Source: Eledone cirrhosa (taxonomy: Eukaryota). From it: a DNA stretch of 64,000 nt. Positions 52,262 through 64,000 of the stretch are shown here, in pieces. Both the position numbers and the translations under genes were made by a program. Location of the stretch: assembly GCA_964016885.1 (NCBI GenBank), contig OZ024743.1, forward strand, positions 60,698,001-60,762,000, written 5' to 3'. How positions within the stretch are numbered: the first letter of the stretch is position 1; every line of letters starts with the position of its first letter. The notes under the pieces were generated by a model. That model did not search any database. It had not been told where the DNA came from and worked only from the letters and a program-made list of their open reading frames with translations.

Positions 52262-52455
52262 AATTGTTTCTAATTTAGGCACAAATTTAGCAATTTAAAA
52301 GTATGAGGAAGTCGGTTATATTGATTTCAGTACTTGACTGGAAAGATGAAACGTAAAGTTGACCACTACACGCTTTGAACTCAGACGCCGTAAGGGTCGT
52401 AACTAAATGTTGTAAAGAATTTTCGCCGACGCTCGAAAGATTCTGTCAATCCAAC
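52262..52455 (-). mobile_element. SINE family 1, old copy
   Basis: Tail and B box recognisable. Confidence 0.6.
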
Positions 52456-53964
52456 ACCGACAGGAACAACAAAAATAATGTATAGTTTGTTCAAAATTTT
52501 CAATTCACAAAATACAATGAACACCTCTACTAAATAACATTAATATTGATCAAAGTAATGTCATTGATTTCTCCATTGGTTACAAATACTGAAGAAGTTT
52601 ACTTCTTCGTGGCAATTCATTCCGCTAGAAACAACAGCCAGACTTCCTAATGTCACTCCTAAAATAGACTGCTGACTGCACTATTCAGCGGCTATGATTT
52701 CAGTTTATTTTATTTTATTTTTTTCATAATCTTTCATTTGGTTTATTTGTTTTTATGAAGCCCAGCGGTCTACCGAGCATTGTCCAAATCCCCATGTGTT
52801 AAGTTCGCTTCTACATCACAACGTAAGAACAGGAAAGATAATGTAGATCTATATATAGTAGAATAATCGAGTATCGAAAAATCGGCGCACGAGTTCACGA
52901 TAAACAAAATTCGAGATGAGCGGCAGAGGGCTCTATAATTCAAATAAATCAGAGCTATAACTATCGTTAAAATACCGTCACACGTAGAATATGTCTACAA
53001 TCAACCAAATAACCGAAAAATTCGATATGGAAGATTCGGGACACTCAGATAAATTATCAATAAATCAATAAATGAAATGAATATGGACAATATTTCAATG
53101 ATATAGTCAGACGAAGAAAGGCAACGCCTAAGACTCATTTTAGGGACTCCGAGACTGGTTGAATGAATAAAAATGATTACACTCTGACCAGAGAACAGAC
53201 CTAAGTATTTGAAAGATAATAGACTTTGTTAAATCCACAGACCAGGTATTGGTGTTGAGGCACGCGGCAGATAAACTCTACAATACAAGAAGATAAATAC
53301 ACTTTTTGACAGACTACCAGACAGTTTTTGTCAAGAAATGTCAATTACAAGGCATTGTTCAGCTTGTAACAACAATTAGAAGATACTTGCCCAACGTGAG
53401 GTGTAACCATGAAACCAGCATGGTAACTGCACAGCCATGCGTGTCGCACTTGGACCATCTTTCGTTATAGCTCTATTCCGACTTATGACTAAACAGCAAC
53501 AACATCTAAACCGTATTTTTTTTCAAAATATTCAAAACATTCTACACAATATTTAATTAACTTACGAAGAATTGGGAAATTTGAAATGTGAAAATATAGT
53601 CGCCGCAATGCAGATAACTGTTAAATCTAAATAATAGTTGAATACGTCTAGTAAAGTAATCCTGGGAGGAGACCAAGGTCGATAGTGATAACTGCAGGGA
53701 TCAAACTACATCTCTCATCTACTGGGTGGGAGCGTTTAACAATTACGCCTGGCATACTTTACTCGACTTATTTATTTGTAGTTATCTGAATTGCGGTACT
53801 ATATTTTCAAATAAAAAAAAATATTTGCGACAAGTCATATAGAATATTTTGCTAATGAAAAACTTCACACACAGAAGTGACTTCCTCATGTTTGGAGCTA
53901 CTTTAGAGCCAACTAAGCAGCAGCGTTGAGTACAAATCCCCGAGAGCCGCATTATTTATCTTGA

Positions 53965-54150
53965 TGGATTGGCAGTATCGGTAGAGGGTCTGACGCCATA
54001 CTTTGCAGCAAAGAGTTACGGCTTTATGGTCTGAGTTCAAATCACACAGAGGTTAACTTTGCCTTTCATCCTTACGGGGTCGATAAAATAAAACACCAGT
54101 AATACACTGGGGTAATTGCTGGCCTTGTGCCAAAAGTAGAAACAATTATT
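53965..54150 (+). mobile_element. SINE family 1, full-length
   Basis: tggattggcagtatcggtagag...gagttcaaatc...gcctttcatccttacggggtcgataaaat...ccttgtgccaaaagtagaaacaatt. Confidence 0.88.
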
Positions 54151-54689
54151 GATCTTTAACGGACACCAGTTTTATAAAAATTTGTATAACATAATTGAAT
54201 ATATTTAATATATGATACATTTCTAAACACCTTTGCCGTGGTGCAATGGATTGTATTGTGACCTGTTACACGACTTGGTGTGGGGAAATGTGGACTGTGT
54301 ACTAGAAAATGCAGGCTTAGTAATTTTCTCAGCGTAGACATAACAAACAGTGTTAAAACCTAGATTCATCAATTTTAAGCTGAAATTATTTTAATTTTGA
54401 GAACGGGGCACATAAATGGGAGAAGGGTGTACATATATTAAGGTGAGAGAAAGGTGTTAAATACCCTGGCGTCGGCTTTGCAGTTAATGTGATGCAAAAT
54501 ATTGTGTTGTGTTGTATAAAGGGCTAAATACTTTTTCCGCAGGCCACCGGGGCGTGGGCCCCCAATTGTTCATAATAGTGAGAGATAGGGAGAGCGGGAG
54601 AGATGGAGGCAGTGACAGTCGGAGTCTGGTTCCTTTGTACTCGGACCTCATGTATATGTATGTTTCATTATGTACATATAATATAATAA

Positions 54690-54836
54690 GGGCGGTGAAT
54701 AGTTACGTCCCTTTACAGTCTGAGTTCAAATCCAGCCGAGGTTAACTTTGCCTTTCATCCTTACGGAGTCGATAAAATAAAGTACCAGTAATGTACTGGG
54801 TAATTGCTGGCCTTGTGCCTAAAGTAGAAACAATTA
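54690..54836 (+). mobile_element. SINE family 1, internally truncated head
   Basis: B box, core and tail. Confidence 0.85.
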
Positions 54837-55205
54837 TGTACATATAATATAATTTGAAACGATATATTGAGATATATCAATTGACAGACTAGCCATCACA
54901 ATGGTGATGTATTTACGTTTTGTTTGAACTGTGTCACCTTTTTGTGAGAATTTATGCATCGGCAATACAGCTTTTCGTTGCTTATTAGTTCTTTATCCTT
55001 GGTTTGGAACAATAACGCTCCTAACTCCATCGGTTTTGCGACCTTCACAGTCTCGTCCTCAGAATAAGAATGGTCATGCAAGTAACGTATCTGTTAGATG
55101 TTTAGCAGTGGACATACAATACAATGGGAGTGGTAGAAAATCATGGCACTAGACTGAAAATTATTCAACCGTTGAAGAATACCAGTTGTTATAATTGTTT
55201 TCATA

Positions 55206-55410
55206 TGCGTGGGGGTGCTGGAAATTTCCTGATTTGGGGTAAAAGAAACTACAGGGAGATCAGTTAATTATGATTTTATTCAATATTCAAACTCTTAATG
55301 CAGCGATGCTTCAGTTTTTGTAAGCCCTATAAATAGAACGCGGATGTTGGACCTTCAACCAGACCTCTGTATCAGCGATCAAGCCAGGAACTTTTCAGCA
55401 CTACCACGTA
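55206..55410. mobile_element. Mariner-type MITE
   Basis: TIRs tgcgtgggggtgctggaaatttcctgattt / aagccaggaacttttcagcactaccacgta. Confidence 0.7.
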
Positions 55411-57896
55411 CATATTGCTCCAGCTGGAGTGTATCCTCTCTTGGCTATACACACCACTATCAATTTAGATCTAGTATTGCTTTGTGTATTCATCTCACAC
55501 CACACATACCGTTTAAATTGACATTGGCGACAATATTTTATAAGCAATTAGGCAAATATTCAAGCCAGAACACAAAGTGCCAGAACAGATAAAGCATCCT
55601 ATCTTGTTTGACACTCGAAGAATTCTGGTAAACCTCTGACATGGACTAAAATTTTACTCTTAATGACATGGAAAGGAAAAAAAGTCAGATTTCGCCACGA
55701 TTGAATTTGAACACAGAACACAAAGAAACGAAAAAGGAACACAACATGGCACATATATCCAATACTGTGAGAACATTTGCTATTTTATAATCAGAAATTA
55801 TTTATATATATATATACACTCACTTTAGCACATTAAACGCTATACTTATGTTTCCAATAGTTCGGTAAGGGAATTTAAATTATATGTGTGAAATATAGGA
55901 AGTCTTACATTAGATTACATATAAATATTTATAGCATAATTTGATAGTGAATATATCTGAACTTGGTGAGTCAGCAATTATTGTGTCGTTAGATCCCTCC
56001 TACTTGGTGTAGCATTCTATGGAAATGGTGATGTATTTACGTTTTGTTTGAACTGTGTCACCTTTTTGTGAGAATTTATGCATCGGTAATATGTTCATTA
56101 ACTATTTTGATATCACATCTAAAATAAAAGACACAGCTTATGATTTTCAAATAATTTTGAAAATAATCAAGAATTTAGATACATTTTGTAAAACGTAAAT
56201 TTCTCATTAATTAAGCTAGTCTGAAGTATCATTCATTTTACATTAGGCTGGAAGATTTTAAAATAAATATAAGCATTTAAAAGTTAACTTGTTTGTGTAT
56301 GATAGAACCAGGAGTGGTTTCATGTGGTTTCTTATCAAAAGAATTATGTCTTGTTAGAAATGTTCTTTGAAGTGTTTTGGTTGCTGCTATAGGTCAGGCG
56401 GAATTAAATTGACCTATGTTGAAAGACAATCCAGCTGTGACAGGTAGGAGAATACGTAGAGCTGGTACCTAGTCATTTAGCACCGAAGACGAGCTTTCCA
56501 ATACGCTCCCAAATAAAGTAATTTCATCTTGCATTTCGGTAAGCTGACGAATTTAGTTTATGACATTTCTTGCTCTGACCATTATTACGCCTACATTTTC
56601 TATTTTTCAGTCCACAGCTACGCTATATTGTATTATGTTACATAGTATAAACTTGGATATTTCCATAAAGTTACTACGCGGCAAAGATATTTAGCAATTA
56701 ATGCATTGATCGTTGGAAATTATCATAGATTAATTATAATTATACAAGTATGTGTAATATTCTCAAACTTTAAGTTGAAGTAATATATTCCTCTGATGTA
56801 TACGACATTGGTGGTTGCCTAGTTGGCGTAATGGTAGCAGTGACCTTGTTCTTAGTTTGCATACACCTGTTAGCGGATAACATTTAACATAACACTCTTA
56901 CGAAATATATATGAATTATCCAGCGGATTGGTGGAGTCGTTAGAACTGCGAATATAAAGCTTTACGGTATTTGTTCCAGCTATCTGAAGTAACCATATAA
57001 GTTACCAATCCGGTACTGGAGGCGATGCTTCTTCTATCTCACTTCCTCACTTTCTCTAGAAGAAATCATCTGTCTTCAGACTCCAGAACATATACATTGA
57101 CCACACAATAACCTAGAATATTCGACAGTGGAGGCGGTAAGGCGTTGCTCCAAATTAAAGAACACATACATATATACATGCGTATACATACCAATCGCCT
57201 CTCTTTCACTCTCTCTCTCTCTCTCTGCCTTATATATCTGCAGACAAACGTTGCATTAACACCAACTATACTTAATGTATGACTTTGTAATTAAATATAC
57301 ACTCTTTCACTTACATAAATATATAATGAGAGTCAAGTTGGTGCCAAAATACTTAATGTAATGAGGAACAGAAATGTTATGAAATAATAATTGTAGATAC
57401 GATAGAGAAACAAATATTAGCTTAATGACAAACAAATTAATATTATTTAAACTGATCTTGGCAAGTACCGTTGACGATACCAGATAGGCTTTCGTCTAAT
57501 TAGAGCTCTTCAACGAAGCATAGGCTCCTGTTCTGCCATGTACATACAAGATAACTGAATCATCACATTGATGCATAATATTGTACAAGAGAAGGCGCCA
57601 AACATTATATATATACTTTATTTTTGTATTTGTTTTGCAAGATATTTTATGTGAAAACGTGTGTTGAAACATATATACTTATATATTGAGAGGCTCGTGC
57701 AGCCAAAAAGAACACACGCACCAGTTGAGTTTCATTTCAATCAATTATTATAATTTTTCAGTCGGCTTGTTTGATAACTGGATCGTTGTTTAGTTGATGA
57801 TTGTCAAAGATCTTTCGTCCCACATTCTGTGACCTCCTCAGTGATTAAGTTTGTTACTTTGTGTCTCCTCATTGTTTGGGTTTACACCATCTTGTC

Positions 57897-58448
57897 ACAA
57901 GATGCCAGGTGCCCAGTCTCAGACTCTTCTTCACCCAGCACTGTAGCTCAGTCAATGGCGTCCACACTTGTTCATCGTTGACTGCTGAGGGTGCTGGTAG
58001 CAGATGGACCGCCTCACCATAAGCGGCTGATGAGCAGGCATTCCAATTTGATGATGTTCGAACGGGCCAAGGCACGATCGCTAAGCGGTAATAGATGACG
58101 GACGCGATGTTCTCTTTCGGCACCTCCGTTCGACCTTTCAGTGATAGCTTTCTTTCAACCTATTTCACTCTTCCCAGCATTTGAGCCCCTGTCACCTGAC
58201 AGCTGGTTTAGCGAGAAGCGGCATATTCCCTCCATACTTTTGGAAGAAACAATTTTGCAAAATCAAAAAAATGAAATAAAGTTCAAATATTCGGGTCCAA
58301 GGTCCAAATATTAGGAGATCGCCTTAACGCAGAGCAATGTGTGGTACCCTATCAACATTCAATGAGAAAATATAGCAATAATTGCAATGTAAACATTTGA
58401 AAATTAACAAAACTTTCGGAACGATATTCAGATACGTCTTGACAGACT
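57897..58448 (-). mobile_element. Internally deleted Tx1-like element (5' UTR joined to late ORF2 pieces)
   Basis: 5' UTR motifs gttcaaatatt..gtccaa.gg.ccaaatatta and gtctgtcaagacgt shared with 63670-63838; peptides LSLKGR.EV...IASVIYYRL and LTELQCWVKKSLRLGTWHL. Confidence 0.7.
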
Positions 58449-58474
58449 AAACAACAAAGATAATAATGATAACA

Positions 58475-58690
58475 GTTTTTACTTTAGGCACAAGGGTCTC
58501 AATTTGAAGGTGAGAGGAAAGGGAATTAAATTGACCATAGTGAATTACTGGTGCTTTATTTATAGACCCCGTAAAGATGAAAGGCAAAGCTAACCTCGGC
58601 GGGATTTGAACTCAAAACGTAAAGGGCCGTAACTCTATGCAAGAAAGCACGAAGACCGACGTTCTACCAATACTGCCAATCCACTGCCCT
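58475..58690 (-). mobile_element. SINE family 1, full-length
   Basis: Head, B box, core and tail. Confidence 0.85.
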
Positions 58691-58983
58691 AATAATAATA
58701 ATAATAATAATAATGATTTCATTTATTGTCCACAAGGGCCGACATATAGGGGACAATACAAAAGACTGGGACAGTGGAGTTTTACAGAAAAAGCGAGTAA
58801 ACAATATGAATAACAATAACAAAGTAACAATAACAAAGTAACAATAAAATTACAACAAGAAAAAATTCCCCAATAGGGGGGATGACCACCTAGGGTTCAC
58901 TCAGGTACCCCACCAGTCCTGAAAGACCCGACGCTTCGAGAGCACCCTGGAAGAGCACCCCTCTCCTCATCAAATTTACCTAC

Positions 58984-61669
58984 CTACAGCCGCATGACAA
59001 GATAACGCCCACTCACACGGGCCATTCTTGCCACATTCACCCACCTTTCAGTAAATGTACTGGGGGGCAGCACTTCTCTCTCCACCCTCACCTTCCTTTC
59101 CAAGTGAAACTTGAAAAAGTTGATGAGGGATTGGCCGAAGAGAAAAGTGTCTGTCTTCAGTCCTTTCAACCTCGTCCACCATACAACCTCTTTCGCTACT
59201 GCTACCAGACAGAGGAAAATTGCCTGCCCTTCCTGGCCAAAAGAAGGCGGCGGGTGGATCTTCACTATGGACTCGGCCGATAGCCGGATCCGTTCTACAC
59301 GCGACAACAGCTGTTCAACATAACTCCACAAGTCAGTAAAGCACGAACACTGGACGAGTGCGAGCAGAACGGTTTCGTCGCTCTGCGCGTATCTCGTGCA
59401 GGTCGGCATGACAGCACTTCCGTGCCTGTAGAGTTTATCTCGAACCGGCAGCGCCCCCCGGTAGCACTGCCAAGCGAGGGATTTTTGGAAATTATCTATC
59501 GTCCCCGGCTCGAAAGTCCTCCGGTACAGACTGGTTAGTTCGACTTCGTTGACTCCCAGAGCCTCTCCGAGTGCGTGGTCGCACTTTCCCACCACTAATC
59601 CTCTATAGAACTCGAGAGTGGAAGTTCCACTGACCGCATTGCCCGCCTGGCAGAGGGCAGTGAGTGACTGGCAACATTCCAGATGCCAGTCACCCAGTCT
59701 CGGTCTCTTCTTGACCCAGGACTGCAGCTCAGTCACAGAAACGAGCTGCGGAAAGGCCCGTCTGACAAACGGCGACCACACCTGTTCACCGTTTAGGCAG
59801 AATATCTGGAGATGCCGCAGCCTCAGAGCATGCCTGCGCATCATTAGCCACGGCATTCCCAGCCCTCCACGTAGAGGGTGCTGCCGATGTACGCGTTTGC
59901 CACCTCCGCCCGACCTTTCAGTGATAGCTAAATCCCAGCCCATTTCTGGGTGCGACTGGCTACCCTGCCCGTCACCTCGTCCCAATTCTTATCCACCTGG
60001 AGGTCTGGCCCGAACCAAACCCCTAGCAACTTTACCGGTCCGTCCGTCCAGCGCCTAACGACGCTGTTGGACGGCATGGTTTGCCTCTCCAGGTGCCGAG
60101 TTGCAAGCCCACCGAGTTTTCCGGGTTAAGTTTTGCTCCCATCAACCTTTCATATTCCTCCAATAAGTTGCTGACCACTTCGATTTCTGAGGTGTCCGAC
60201 ACCATCACGGTGATGTCGTCCGCATAAGCCGACATAGCATTTCCGCGTCCCGGTTCGAGCGGGATGCCCTGCAACAGCTCCAGCTTCCGCAGTAAAGGCT
60301 CGAGATTCAATACGTACAGAAGGGAGGAGAGAGGGCACCGTTGACGGACCGATTGGGAGACCTGAAACGGTTCCGAGAGATGACCATAAATTTTGACCAC
60401 CGAGCAGGTGCCGCTGTGCATTGCAGCGATCCAGCTTCTGAATACGGGGCCGAAGCCAGCCGCCTTGAGGACAGCCTCCAGGTACCGATGGTCGACCCTA
60501 TCGAATGCTTTCGATTGATCTAAATTGATCAGAGCCCCACCGAAGCCAGGTTTACACCCTACCCTCTCTATGATGTATCGCATTGGGTGGAGGTTGTCGT
60601 GTAAGGACCTGGTTGGGATTGCGCAAGTTTGTGCCTTCCCAACCAAATCCCCGACGACAAGCGCCAACCTCTTCGCTAACACTCTGTGTTGAGCAGAGTT
60701 ATGGGTCTGAAATTGTCTAATGTTTCCCTCTTGTTCTCGTCTTTCCTTATCAGCGTCACTCCGCCCCGGCTCACAGAACTTGGAATACTCCCGCTTTGCT
60801 GCAGTAGAGGGCTTCGAGGAGATTGGAGAAGAAGTCTGGCATATTTACGTAAAGCTCGAAGGGAAGACCATCCAAACCGGGTGACTTGCGCCTTATGCAG
60901 CCGACAAGGGCATCCTGAATCTCGGCTGAAGTAATTGGCCTTTCGCAGCGCCCAGCGTCAGCCGTCGAGAGTTGCGGCAAGCCATCGAGGCGACCGTTTC
61001 AAAACGTGGACACCTTACACTATTTCTGTCTATTTTCCTAATGAATATCCTGTCTATATACGATCTAGATGACCCTATGCGGTTAGCCCAGGTCCACACT
61101 GGCGCATTAGGGAAATCTAGTCGGTACCAGTCAGACAGTTGGAACTGGCTGATCATGTTCTTGAGGCTTTTGCACCCCCCCCCCCTCGCTCCTATCGGAT
61201 ACTCCCACACAGTCCCAGCGTGCGTCTAAGATGCCGTTCCAGTCCCCCGCTAACAGTTAAGGGCGAGACGTGCCCAGAAAGGCTTCCAGGCGTCTAAAGA
61301 AGTCCGGCCGTCCTTCCCCAATAGGAGCATAGACGGCCACCAGTCTAAAGGCACCACCTTCGTTATTGTTCACGTCCAGGACCGCCAACTTCCCGTCCGG
61401 GTCCCGGAAGATCGACCTTACCTCAAGATCCAGGCCTTTCCTAAACAGCACTGCCATCCCGCCTCCCATTCCCGGCCATCTGTTCGCCACAGATGCAAAG
61501 TCTGATAGTCGTCGAATATGGGGGCTAGTGCGCGCGTGTCGGAAATCCTGGTCTCGCTGACGGCAATTACATCCATTTCTAGAGACCTGAGGTCATTGAG
61601 CAGGTGACCCTGCTTCCAGGACGATCCCAGGCCTCGAACATTTAAACATCCGACTCTTAATACGGCCAG
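58984..61669 (-). pseudogene. Tx1-like ORF2 (AP endonuclease + RT), frameshifted with an internal deletion
   Basis: GCLNVRGL, AVSET, VAVYAP, GDWN, SYIDRIF, KSPGLDGL, DQSKAFDRVDH, YADD. Confidence 0.92.
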
Positions 61670-61693
61670 ATTAAAAAGAGAGTGAGTAAAAGT

Positions 61694-63628
61694 TTACTTA
61701 CCTTCCGGGCTCTTGTGAAGGTCGGGTTCTTCAACCTCCATAGTTGGTGGGGTTTCTTTTGGGAACCCCTTTAAAAGTCTTGAAGTTGGTTTTACGTTCG
61801 GGGTTCCCACGTCCCGATGAAAGCTGTCTCGTATTTCTTTGTATAATTCGATCGACATTCGCACCAGAACCAAATCTTCCGGCACGCGAAATGTACTCGA
61901 TTTCAAAATTTCCCCCTCCTTTTGTATATTTTCACTTCGTGCTACGAGGGCCATCAGTTCCTTGTTGACCCTCCTGACGAGCACGATGTTTTGTATGTTT
62001 TGTTGGTGTGATTTTTGTATGCGTGGCTGTGGTGGTGATGGTTTTGGTGGTGTTGTTTCGGTTGTGTCTGTGTTTGTTGTGAGTGCGGTGTCTGTGGTTT
62101 CAGATGTTTGTGTGTATATTTATTCTTGAGTCTGTTTAGGTTGTTTGCATTTGGGGGATTCTGGTGATGGTGATGGTGGTGTTGATGTTGGTGTTATTGG
62201 AGAGATGTTTGCGTGGGTGGTGTCTGCGTTTTTTATTGTGGGTGATTTTGTGCTTTGTTGAGTTTTTTTTCTTTTTGTGTTTCCTTTTTTTGTATTTTGG
62301 GGGATTTTGGTTTTCCCTCATCTTCACTACTGGCAGATGAGGGGTCTGTGTCTGTAAGTGTGTCTGTATGTATGTTTATGGTTTTATTGGTGTGTGTATT
62401 TTTTGGGGGGAGGGGGAATTTGACAGCTTTCCTCGTTCCCCCACTGGGTGGTCAATATTGGTGGTGGTCTTTCTATTGGTGTTGTTATTGGTGGTTTTGC
62501 CGATGCTGGTGTTGGTTGTGGTCCTCGCCCCGGCGTCAGCAGCCTTTCGACCCATTGCCTCTTTCAGCAGTTGAGGGCAGAAGGCTCTCAAATGGGTTTT
62601 TTCCCCACAAACAAAACACTGCGACCTTTTGCCTTCGGTCATAATGTGAATGACCGTCCCATTCTGAAGGCGGATGTGATCCGGGATTGTCTTCACATTC
62701 TTGGGCCTGATCTGGAGAAGGATCTCCAGGTCAATCCCGGACCAGTCCTCTCTGGCCGTTCTGGTCACTTCTATAGGGACTGTATCCGTCCCCTCCACAA
62801 TCACACATCCCAGAAGCCACCACATGTCAAGTCCTGGTGGGATTCTGGGAATGCGGAGACGGGCCGTTCTTTTTCCCATGTGGGAGGGGTACATTATGAC
62901 CTTGCTGGTTTTGTATGGAGTCATAGCGTGTTTCCTAGCGAGGGCTTCTGACTTGAACAACACCGAAATGGTGCCGTACTGTCTGCCCCTCTCTATGTAT
63001 TTGGTGTCTTCTCTGATGCACCTCAGCTGCCCTTTTGATTTGTGCTGAGATGCATCTATAATGCTCCGTTCTGTGCTCCACTGCCTCAATAGCAGTTAAG
63101 TTGGCCCAGGTTTGCTCCTGCATGATGAGCTTCCAAGCCTGGACCAACTTTTCATCTTTGTTTGAGAGGTCCATGTTGAAGCATGTCCTCTTTTTTGCTG
63201 CTGCTGCCGCAGCGAAAGTGTTCTTCTTGTTTTCGTTGGGGGTGTTGTTGTCGTTGTCGTTGTTCTTGTTGGTGTTGCTGTTATCACTGTCGCTGTTATC
63301 ATTGTTGTCTTTGATGCCACCGTTGTTCTCGGTGCAGTTGGTATTGTTGTTGTTGGTGTTGTCGCTATTTGTTTTCATGTTAGTGGTGTTGATATTGTTG
63401 TTGCATTTGTTATTTTTTTTTTTGTTATCTGTATTTTCGTTGTCGCTGTTACTGTCATTTTCTTTCAAAATTAGAATTCTCATTGCTATCATTGGTGTCT
63501 TAGTTTACATTGTTTGTAGTGCTGTTTGTGTTATCAATTTGTGTTAATTTCGCTGTCGCGCTCCTCTCAACTTCCACGTCGTTGTCGCACGACAGCAGAC
63601 ATATCGCTGGGGGGCGTGGCTCAGCCAT
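61694..63628 (-). pseudogene. Tx1-like ORF1 (gag-like, CCHC knuckle, N/T-rich linkers), disrupted
   Basis: Starts MAEPRPP at ~63628; zinc knuckle CFVCGEKTHLRAFC in ORF 62376..63089. Confidence 0.8.
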
Positions 63629-63855
63629 GTTATTTTTTTCCTCCGTAAATTTTTTAACATGTAAAAAAAAGTTCAAATATTTGTGCCAAAAGGCCCAAAT
63701 ATTATACTTTCCCCTTCACAGGGCAAAGTCTAAGGGCTTATATCCCTTACACAACAATAAATATTTAACAACAAATAATTTTAACAGGCAAATAAAGCGA
63801 CTTACTGGGAGCGAGCCAAAAAGACGTCCGAACAGACCAATAATAATAATAATAA

Positions 63856-64000
63856 TTGTTTCTACTTTTGGCACAAGGCCAGCAATAAACCAGTGCATTA
63901 CTTGTACATTATTTTATCGTCCCCTTAATGATGCAAGGCAAAGTTAACCTCGGCGAGATATGAACTCAGAACGTAAAGGGACATAACTCTATGCTGCAAA
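63856..64000 (-). mobile_element. SINE family 1 (runs off the window)
   Basis: Tail and core. Confidence 0.8.

Larger units (their letters stand above)
58715..63838 (-). mobile_element. Full-length but decayed Tx1/L1-clade LINE flanked by (AAT)n
   Basis: 5' UTR, ORF1, ORF2 and 3' UTR ending gtggacaataaatgaaatc(ATT)n; (AAT)8 left, (AAT)6 right. Confidence 0.93.

Overview
Eukaryotic, AT-rich, microsatellite-saturated intronic or intergenic DNA. The SINE repertoire suggests a coleoid cephalopod such as Octopus, but that is recall, not a database result. No host gene can be reliably identified, and most ORFs in the track are translated microsatellites. Real coding remnants are all retroelements: five Tx1/L1-clade LINE pieces (one full-length but decayed, one with an intact 766-aa RT frame, plus a ~20 bp 3' remnant) and fragments of CRE, RTE, CR1 and a Penelope-like (PLE) GIY-YIG C-terminus. 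There are also tRNA-derived SINEs and mariner/hAT MITEs. The main hidden layer, invisible to the ORF track, is about 28 type I hammerhead ribozyme (HHR) motifs from at least 13 sequence families, folded by eye. They sit in non-coding partial-tandem and fold-back (inverted) repeats, mostly embedded in (TA)n tracts. Highlights: a 631-nt HHR-to-HHR retrozyme-like unit; two unrelated families with a compensated U3:A8 core (UUGANAA); inverted arms that begin 1-7 nt after the predicted cleavage site; and Tx1 copies each flanked on both sides by a different microsatellite, two of them starting in SINE tails.
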